A DNA stretch of 64,000 nt from an uncultured Eubacteriales bacterium (GTDB taxonomy: Bacteria > Bacillota > Clostridia > Lachnospirales > Bianqueaceae). How positions within the stretch are numbered: position 1 is the stretch's first letter; each line of letters starts with the position of its first letter. Below, one piece after another: positions 57,408 through 64,000 of the stretch. The stretch covers positions 74,877-138,876 of the forward strand of contig OMYN01000002.1 of assembly GCA_900315265.1 (NCBI GenBank), read 5' to 3'. The notes under the pieces were generated by a model. The model worked only from the letters and a program-made list of their open reading frames with translations. It had not been told where the DNA came from and did not search any database. A program made the translations under genes and the position numbers.

Positions 57408-57477
57408 TGGTTATCAAAAATGGGTAGAAGTGCACAATTATTCTTCTTTCAAATGGTTTACTTTGTCTTGTTGATAG

Positions 57478-57505
57478 TTGCAAACGATTCCCAAATCCGT
57501 ATAAT
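57478..57505 (+). promoter_or_regulatory. putative sigma-A promoter of the lipoprotein gene
   Basis: TTGCAA (57478-57483), 16 nt spacer, TATAAT (57500-57505). Confidence 0.55.
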
Positions 57506-57550
57506 ACATAGTGTCAGTATTTGTTATTTGTCTAACAAGGAGGACATATT

Positions 57551-58378
57551 ATGAAAAAAATCATTGCGTTAGCTCTTGCAGCCGCAATGGTGCTGTCACT
57601 GACTGCCTGCAGCTCTTCTTCCAACGAGAGCTCCACTACGGAAAGCAGCACTGCTGAATCTTCTGTTGTTGAATCCAGCGCCGCGGAAAGTTCCGCAGCC
57701 ACGGAAGCATCCACTGCAGCCGACGGTTCTGTTATGACTCACGAGCAGTTCATTGCTGCTGACGTTGATTCCGAAGTTACGGTCGAGACCTATGTACAGG
57801 CCAAACAGTCCTGGTGGGAAGACAACGGCCAGGGCAAGGCCACTTTCTATACCCAGGCTGAAGACGGAGCTTACTTCCTGTATGAGATGCCCTGCACCGA
57901 AGATGAGTACAATCAGCTGGTTCCCGGGACCAAGATCAAAGTAACCGGATATAAGTCTGAATGGTCCGGCGAGATCGAGATCACCGATGCTACCTTCGAG
58001 ATCGAGGATGGCACCTGGACCGCAGAGCCTACCGATGTAACCGATCTTCTGGGCACCGATCAGCTCCAGGATCATATGAACGAGCTGGTTTCCTTCAAGG
58101 GAATGACCGTTGAGGCTTCCAAGGATCCTGACGGCAAGGATGTTGCTTACCTTTACAACTATGATGGTTCCGGTTCCGAAGGAGACGATCTGTACTTCAA
58201 TGTTTCCTACAACGGCCAGACCTATTCCTTCACCGTCGAGTCTTACCTGTGCGACAAGGACAGCGACGTATACAAGGCAGTTGAAAACCTGAAGATCGGC
58301 GATACCGTCGACATGGAAGGTTTCCTGTATTGGTACGAGGGTGCTAACCCGCACATCACTTCTGTTACAGTTAAGTAA
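57551..58378 (+). CDS. lipoprotein of unknown function with a Ser/Glu-rich linker
   Basis: Signal peptide plus lipobox SLTAC. AAGGAGGA RBS. It has its own promoter and terminator. Confidence 0.8.
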   Translation: MKKIIALALAAAMVLSLTACSSSSNESSTTESSTAESSVVESSAAESSAATEASTAADGSVMTHEQFIAADVDSEVTVETYVQAKQSWWEDNGQGKATFYTQAEDGAYFLYEMPCTEDEYNQLVPGTKIKVTGYKSEWSGEIEITDATFEIEDGTWTAEPTDVTDLLGTDQLQDHMNELVSFKGMTVEASKDPDGKDVAYLYNYDGSGSEGDDLYFNVSYNGQTYSFTVESYLCDKDSDVYKAVENLKIGDTVDMEGFLYWYEGANPHITSVTVK

Positions 58379-58398
58379 TAGACAAATCGATTGACGAC

Positions 58399-58432
58399 AA
58401 AACAGCCTGCCGGAAACGGCAGGCTGTTTTTC
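58399..58432. terminator. bidirectional terminator between the lipoprotein gene and the FRG gene
   Basis: AAAACAGCCTGCCG-GAAA-CGGCAGGCTGTTTTT. Confidence 0.85.
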
Positions 58433-58519
58433 TATGCCTTACTATTCAAAAGACTTTACGCTTTCCCATGCGGATCCTCCGATGTCCGGCAGAGACGGGG
58501 ATATGGATCACATAAAGGT

Positions 58520-59329
58520 TTAGTTGCCTTCTTTTACAAAGTAGTGGCGGGCGATCCATTTTGACAGGCCGGACAGGCCGGGATATACGATGCGTTCGGA
58601 GATATTCAGCTGATCCAGCATGTCGCGGATCCTCCAGCGCAGCGATTTATCAATGATGTACTGGGTCGTATTGTCGGTCCTGCTGTCCAGGAAGCCCTCG
58701 ATATCGATCATTTGGCTGGGCACCAGCGAGAAGAAAGAATACTGGTTGACGATCCTGGCGTCGATGGAAGGAGGTTCTACGACCACCATTGCGCTGCTGC
58801 CCATGTCCTTGTCGTACTCCTCCAGGTTGTTGGTGATCTGGTTCATCATTTCGACGGAAAATACACTGCCCTGTGTTTTCTGCAGGACTTGCTGATATTT
58901 CTGAGGCAGCAGTCCGGCCATCTCCCTCATATCGATGCGCCAGACCATACAGTCGTGATCGTTCATCCGGTCCAGGTCTTCTTCCGTCACGGCAAAATGC
59001 AGAGCGATCAGGGCCGACTGGGTCCAGTCCAGAAGGCGGGTGGGCAGGGAGTAATGCTGGCCCACGATCATCTGCCTCCAGACCGAATGCTGGATGGTCG
59101 GATCATCGATCACGGCGTACTTGGCAAAATTCCGCAGGATAGACGGCTCCAGCTGGGTGGACAGTTCCTTGCAATTGCGCCTTAAGCTGGTCTGCATCTT
59201 AAAAGACGTATCCGGCATCCCCCGGTAGACATAGGAAGTCCGGTTGCGTTTTAAGTCGGGCCGGTATTCCTGATCCGCTAAAAGAGGCATCAGCTCGTCC
59301 AGTTCTGTGATCATCACCTGATGGATCAT
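58520..59329 (-). CDS. FRG domain-containing protein
   Basis: YVYRGM and GQHYSLPTRLLDWT segments match the FRG domain as I recall it. Confidence 0.7.
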   Translation of the reverse strand: MIHQVMITELDELMPLLADQEYRPDLKRNRTSYVYRGMPDTSFKMQTSLRRNCKELSTQLEPSILRNFAKYAVIDDPTIQHSVWRQMIVGQHYSLPTRLLDWTQSALIALHFAVTEEDLDRMNDHDCMVWRIDMREMAGLLPQKYQQVLQKTQGSVFSVEMMNQITNNLEEYDKDMGSSAMVVVEPPSIDARIVNQYSFFSLVPSQMIDIEGFLDSRTDNTTQYIIDKSLRWRIRDMLDQLNISERIVYPGLSGLSKWIARHYFVKEGN

Positions 59330-59421
59330 ACGATCTTCCTCCTGCCGTTAAAACTTTGAAGAAATTACTATGTGACCGAAGGTTCCCGGAGTGCCCAAAG
59401 GCTTCTGTGCCTCAGAGCTGC

Positions 59422-60384
59422 TCAGGGCCGGTATCCCTCGCGGATGAAGGGCTCATCGATCTTGGTATCGACCAGGATCCCGTATTTGGTAGGATGACGG
59501 AAGGTATTGCCCTGCATATCGGTCCTGCGGTAATAACGGACCATATCCATGTCGATGTCCGCTATATAAATGCCTTCCTCCCGGGGAGCCTCCAGCAGAC
59601 AGCAGTCGCGGGATCCGTCCGGGCCGCCGGGCAGATCATAGCCTTCCGGGCAGAAGGCGACCCCGTCGAAGACGGTCGAATGACCGTTGCAGCCAGTCGG
59701 CACAGTGGCATAATTGCAGGTCGCGATGGCCATCATGTTTTCATAAGCCCTGGCTCTAAGCTGGCTGAGGCGATTGATCTCCATAGGGCAGGCATTGGGC
59801 ACCAGGACCAGTTCCGCCCCTTTCAGCATCAGGATGCGGGCGCTTTCCGGATATTCCCGGTCGTAGCAGATCATGCAGCCGACCTTCAGCATTCCTACAC
59901 TGCCCCCGACATCCAGATCCCGGACATAAAAATCGTTTCCGGGAGTCAGATTCCGCTCTACATCAAAATCACAGGTATGCACTTTGGAATAAGTAAGCAC
60001 CTTGCGCCCGAATCGGTCGAAGAGGATCATGGTATTGCGGGGATCCGCCTTTTCTCCTTCGACGGAAATCAGATTTCCCGTCTCAGGGTCGACCTTGTTC
60101 CCAGTGTGCCAGGACTCCAGCAAAGTGCAGCCTATGGCCATGTTCAGCTCTTTGGCTTTTTGAGCAAAGGCCCGGGTATAATCACAGTCCGCGTCGATCG
60201 CTTTGGCCTGCCAGCTGCTGACGGGCTGACCGAAAATGTCGTATCCCATGCTGTACATTTCGGGGAAAAGGGCGATATCGGCTCCCTGCTCTTTGGCCGT
60301 TTGGCAAGCCGCAAGTCCCTTTTCCAACGCCCCTTCCAAATCAGGCTTGGCATTAAGCTGCAAAAGTGCGATCTTCAAAGACAT
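59422..60384 (-). CDS. carbon-nitrogen hydrolase (nitrilase superfamily) protein
   Basis: Glu-Lys-Cys triad context: LFPEM, SKVH, CMICYDREYPE. Confidence 0.85.
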   Translation of the reverse strand: MSLKIALLQLNAKPDLEGALEKGLAACQTAKEQGADIALFPEMYSMGYDIFGQPVSSWQAKAIDADCDYTRAFAQKAKELNMAIGCTLLESWHTGNKVDPETGNLISVEGEKADPRNTMILFDRFGRKVLTYSKVHTCDFDVERNLTPGNDFYVRDLDVGGSVGMLKVGCMICYDREYPESARILMLKGAELVLVPNACPMEINRLSQLRARAYENMMAIATCNYATVPTGCNGHSTVFDGVAFCPEGYDLPGGPDGSRDCCLLEAPREEGIYIADIDMDMVRYYRRTDMQGNTFRHPTKYGILVDTKIDEPFIREGYRP

Positions 60385-60440
60385 TTGACGTACCTCCTAA
60401 CGGATCCTTGAAAGACTGATCCTTGAAAGAAAACTTACTG

Positions 60441-61094
60441 TTACTGTTCCTGAGGGCACAGGGCCTTGACGGCCGCGCTGCAGCCGATGCGGTCGCAGCC
60501 AGCATTCAAAAAGGCCTCGATGGCTTCTTTGGTGCGGATCCCTCCGGCGGCCTTGATCTTAACGGTGGGTCCTACGTATTTCTTGAACAGTTCGATATCT
60601 TCCAGCTGGGCTCCGGCCGTTCCGAAACCGGTGGAAGTCTTGATAAAATCAGCCCCTCCCTCCGTCACGCAGCGGCACAGAGCGATCTTCTCGTCTTCGG
60701 TCAGGTAGCAGGTCTCCACGATGACTTTCAGGATCTTGCTGCCTGCGACCTCTTTGAGCGCTTTGATCTCATCGGTGACTTTATCGAACTCCTTATTCTT
60801 GACATCTCCGATGTTGACGACCATATCGATCTCATTTGCTCCTTCAGCGATGGCCTGCTTAGCCTCGGCCACTTTGACTTCTTTAGTATTGTAACCGTTG
60901 GGGAAGCCGATGACCGTGCAGATATTCAGCTGCGGGAAGGCTTCGCGGGCCCTTTTGACGTAAGACGGCGGGATGCAGACAGACGCGGTGTGGTATTTAA
61001 GAGCCTCGCGGCACAGTTTCTGGATGTCTTCCCAGGTCGCGAAGACCTTGAGCTGAGTGTGGTCGACATGAGCGAGCATTTCTTCTACAGTCAT
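60441..61094 (-). CDS. deoC: deoxyribose-phosphate aldolase
   Basis: FIKTSTGF (Schiff-base Lys region) and IKAAGGIRT. Confidence 0.9.
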   Translation of the reverse strand: MTVEEMLAHVDHTQLKVFATWEDIQKLCREALKYHTASVCIPPSYVKRAREAFPQLNICTVIGFPNGYNTKEVKVAEAKQAIAEGANEIDMVVNIGDVKNKEFDKVTDEIKALKEVAGSKILKVIVETCYLTEDEKIALCRCVTEGGADFIKTSTGFGTAGAQLEDIELFKKYVGPTVKIKAAGGIRTKEAIEAFLNAGCDRIGCSAAVKALCPQEQ

Positions 61095-61190
61095 GATTTT
61101 CTCCTTGTATTGACGGATATTGACGTATGGATCGTTTTGTAACTTCTTGATCTGGCTTGTTTTGCCCCTTCCCGGTTTCTTTTTTTCCGG

Positions 61191-62396
61191 TCAGCGGCTT
61201 ATCCCCAGAGCTGCCAGCACCGTATCGGCGCAATAAGTAAAGCCCTGCCTGGTACCGTTGTTTTTCTCCAGCCGCCCTTCTTTGATCATAGCGTCGATAG
61301 GTTTGCCGTACATCAAAAGCGGTACATATTCGCGGGTGTGGTCGGTAGTTTTATCATAAGCCGGGTCGCAGCCGTGGTCGGCGGAGATCATGAGAACATC
61401 GTCGTCTTTCATATTTTTCATGAAACCGGTCAGCCACTGGTCATACTCGCTGATGGCATTGGCGTAGCCGTCTATATCACGGCGGTGGCCGTATAGCATG
61501 TCAAAATCCACCAGATTGACGAAGCATAATCCTTTCCAGTCCGTGCGGGCCTGGATCCTGCTCGTCAGAGCGCATCCGTCGGCGTTGCCGCTGGTATGGG
61601 TGCTTTCCGACAGGCCCTGCCCGTTGAAAATATCTCCGATCTTGCCGACACCGATGGTGTCCATACCGGCTGCATGGATCTTATCGATCATGGTCGGTGC
61701 GAAGGGACTCAGGGCGTAGTCGCGGCGCTCGGAAGTACGTTTGAAATTTTCCGGAGAGTCGCCGACAAAGGGACGGGCAATAACCCGACCGACCGCAAGG
61801 TCTCCCCTCAGCATTTCCCGGGCGATCTCGCAGTCGCGGTATAGCTCCTCGAGCGGGACTACCGCTTTATTGGCCGCAATCTGAAAAACACTGTCGGCGC
61901 TGGTATAGACGATCAGGTCGCCGGTCATCAGATGCTGCATACCAAAGTCTCGGATGACTTCTGTTCCGGAATATGGTTTATTGACAAAACATTTGCGGCC
62001 CACCCGTTCGGAAAAAGCATCCAAAAATTCCTGCGGAAAACCGTTGGGAAAAGTCGGCATAGGTTTGGGGCTGACCAGGCCGGCCAGTTCCCAATGACCG
62101 ATGATGGTATCTTTCCCGGCCGACAGTTCCCTCATGCGGGCTACCGACCCTGCCGGAGCCTTGGACCGGTCCTCTTTGCTGACACCGCCCACACGATCTT
62201 TGCGGTTGTAATCGGCGTCTTTGATACCATCAACCTGGAAAAGTCCCAGTTTGGCAAGGTTGGGGCAGTTCAATTTGCTGCTGGCGGTGCAGCTTCGCAG
62301 GGTATTGACGTTGAAATCGCCAAAGGCGAGAGCGTCCGGCTCCTCGCCGATCCCGAAGCTGTCCATAATCATTAAAAAAACACGTTTTGCGGGCAT
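61191..62396 (-). CDS. deoB: phosphopentomutase
   Basis: IMDSFGIGE and SADHGCDP motifs. 401 aa. Confidence 0.9.
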   Translation of the reverse strand: MPAKRVFLMIMDSFGIGEEPDALAFGDFNVNTLRSCTASSKLNCPNLAKLGLFQVDGIKDADYNRKDRVGGVSKEDRSKAPAGSVARMRELSAGKDTIIGHWELAGLVSPKPMPTFPNGFPQEFLDAFSERVGRKCFVNKPYSGTEVIRDFGMQHLMTGDLIVYTSADSVFQIAANKAVVPLEELYRDCEIAREMLRGDLAVGRVIARPFVGDSPENFKRTSERRDYALSPFAPTMIDKIHAAGMDTIGVGKIGDIFNGQGLSESTHTSGNADGCALTSRIQARTDWKGLCFVNLVDFDMLYGHRRDIDGYANAISEYDQWLTGFMKNMKDDDVLMISADHGCDPAYDKTTDHTREYVPLLMYGKPIDAMIKEGRLEKNNGTRQGFTYCADTVLAALGISR

Positions 62397-62408
62397 TATA
62401 TCTCCTTT

Positions 62409-63683
62409 TTATTTAGCAAACTCCTGTACCAGGTTCAGCAGGATCTCGACGTTTTTCTCCATTGACTGAATGGGAACGTACTCAAAGCGGCCGTGGGCGT
62501 TTTCGTAACCGGCGGATAAATTGGGACTGGGAAGGCCCCGCCAGGAAAGTGCTGAGCCGTCCGTTCCGCCCCGGAAGGCCACGGACTTGGGTTCGATCCC
62601 CGCCTTGCGGATCGCCGCTTTCAGATGGTCGATCAGGTAGGGGACCGTGTCGATGATTTCTTTCATATTGCGGTAAGTGGGGGTGATGGTCAGTTCCACG
62701 GTGCCCGGGCCGTATTGGCGGTTCAGCTCCTGAGCCCGGCTGCGCAGGAAGTTTTCGCGGTCGGCAAATTTATCCGCATCATGGTCACGGACGATCATGG
62801 TCACGTGAGCATTCTCTACCGTGCTGCTGACGGAAACGACGTGATAGAAGCCCTGGCGGCCCTGGGTCGTCTCAGGAAGATCGGTCTGGGGCAGGCTGTC
62901 GATCAGCTGTGCCGCTATGCGGTTAGCATTTTTCATGATCCCCTTGGCCGTCCCAGTATGGACGCTGATACCGTGGATCTCGAAGTCTGCCTGGCTGGCG
63001 TTGAAGGTTTCATCTTCATAATAGCCCAGGTAATCGCCGTCCAAGGTATAAGCCACCTTGGAGCCGAAGCGGTCAAGGTCCAGATTACGGGCAAGTCCTC
63101 CCACTTCCTCGTCCGGAGTAAAGCCCAGGTCGATCTGTCCATGTTTGATTTCCGGATGAGCCAGCAGATACTCGGCCATAGTCATGATAGCCGCCAGGGA
63201 CGCTTTATCATCGCCTCCCAGCAGGGTCGTACCGTCCGTCAGCACCAGATCCTGGCCGATATAATTTTTCAGATTGGGGTACTGACTGACTTTCATGACG
63301 ATGTTCTTTTCTTTATTTAGTACAATATCCGACCCGTCATAGTTTTCAAGCACCCAGGGCTTTACATTCTCGCCCGACGCGTCCGGTGCGGTATCCATGT
63401 GGGCTACCAGACCGAAGGAATGGGAGCCGGGGGATGCCTGACCCGCCTCGGCCGGATGTTCCGCCTCTTCCGGCAGGTTGGAAGGGATGCGGCCGTAGAC
63501 GACGCAGTTGGTCTCGTCAAGATATACATCGGAAGCACCTATGCTCTTCAATTCGTCCGTAAGTACCCTGGCCAGGTCGAATTGGCGGGCCGTGGTAGGC
63601 ACTGTTTTTGAGGTATTGCTGGACTGAGTATCGATCTTAGCATAGCGGATCAAACGGTCGCGGACCTTATCATGAAAGTTCAT
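62409..63683 (-). CDS. pepT: peptidase T-like tripeptide aminopeptidase (M20B)
   Basis: AHMDTAPD, LGGDDKAS and TPDEEVG motifs. Confidence 0.85.
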   Translation of the reverse strand: MNFHDKVRDRLIRYAKIDTQSSNTSKTVPTTARQFDLARVLTDELKSIGASDVYLDETNCVVYGRIPSNLPEEAEHPAEAGQASPGSHSFGLVAHMDTAPDASGENVKPWVLENYDGSDIVLNKEKNIVMKVSQYPNLKNYIGQDLVLTDGTTLLGGDDKASLAAIMTMAEYLLAHPEIKHGQIDLGFTPDEEVGGLARNLDLDRFGSKVAYTLDGDYLGYYEDETFNASQADFEIHGISVHTGTAKGIMKNANRIAAQLIDSLPQTDLPETTQGRQGFYHVVSVSSTVENAHVTMIVRDHDADKFADRENFLRSRAQELNRQYGPGTVELTITPTYRNMKEIIDTVPYLIDHLKAAIRKAGIEPKSVAFRGGTDGSALSWRGLPSPNLSAGYENAHGRFEYVPIQSMEKNVEILLNLVQEFAK

Positions 63684-63863
63684 CCGGATCTCCTTATTTA
63701 TAGGTATAAAACACTTATTACGGTCACTTTTCTTGTTTCAGCATACTTAACAATACACCATTTAAGGGATTTTGACAATTGGTTTAGGGGGAGGCAGGGC
63801 TTTTGGGAGGCGATGTGCTGCCATGGAAGAGATGAAACGCAATTTAAACACCGGCTTGTTGTT

Positions 63864-63958
63864 CTGGGTGGCTGGCTAAGGGCAGCCGCGTTGCTCTGAG
63901 TGCTTGAACAATGAATGGCAGCCGCGTTGCTCTGGGTGGCTGGCCAAGGGCAGCTGCC
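63864..63958. repeat. short degenerate direct repeats in the intergenic DNA at the window end
   Basis: GGCAGCCGCGTTGCTCTG occurs at 63881-63898 and 63917-63934. CTGGGTGGCTGGC(T/C)AAGGGCAGC occurs at 63864-63886 and 63932-63954. Confidence 0.7.
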
Positions 63959-64000
63959 TTGCCAACTTTTCTATTTTCACATTTTTAACAAGATTGGATC

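Noticed and set aside
63864-63958. Possible CRISPR array
   Set aside because: The repeats are only 17-23 nt and occur twice each. They are interleaved rather than repeat-spacer-repeat, the spacers are 15-19 nt, and there are no cas genes.

Overview
This 64-kb chromosomal segment looks like a Gram-positive anaerobe of the Clostridia type. That assignment is an inference from AGGAGG-type ribosome binding sites, pth-mfd-prsA-like synteny, DnaD/DnaI-type helicase-loader genes, NfnAB and roughly 50-55% GC. I call 56 protein-coding genes and one decayed MFS-transporter pseudogene. I recognised no rRNA, tRNA, CRISPR array, transposase or integrase. Most of the window is housekeeping: mfd, pth, murC, gap, cysS, argF/argG, nth, deoB/deoC, pepT, several aminopeptidases, two MATE pumps and sugar ABC components. 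The parts worth a second look are listed here. (1) A ~3.9-kb low-GC island (13.2-17.1 kb) carries a divergent UDG-fold protein, a single ABC exporter and a GT2 glycosyltransferase. (2) A tightly coupled four-gene operon of unknown function (3561-6645) encodes a PNPOx-like protein, a Cys-cluster protein with a U32-like C-terminus, a P-loop kinase and an SDR. (3) An operon (49248-52535) ends in a DUF1836-like gene overlapping an SRAP (MCGR) gene. (4) A cluster of DnaA boxes lies upstream of the DnaD/DnaI-like operon. (5) A solute-binding protein has both a lipobox and a C-terminal LPGTA sorting-signal-like tail. (6) A lone FRG-domain gene sits downstream of a nitrilase-family gene. (7) Candidate ArgR and Rex operators are present. 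All functional names come from motif recognition by eye. No database search was run.
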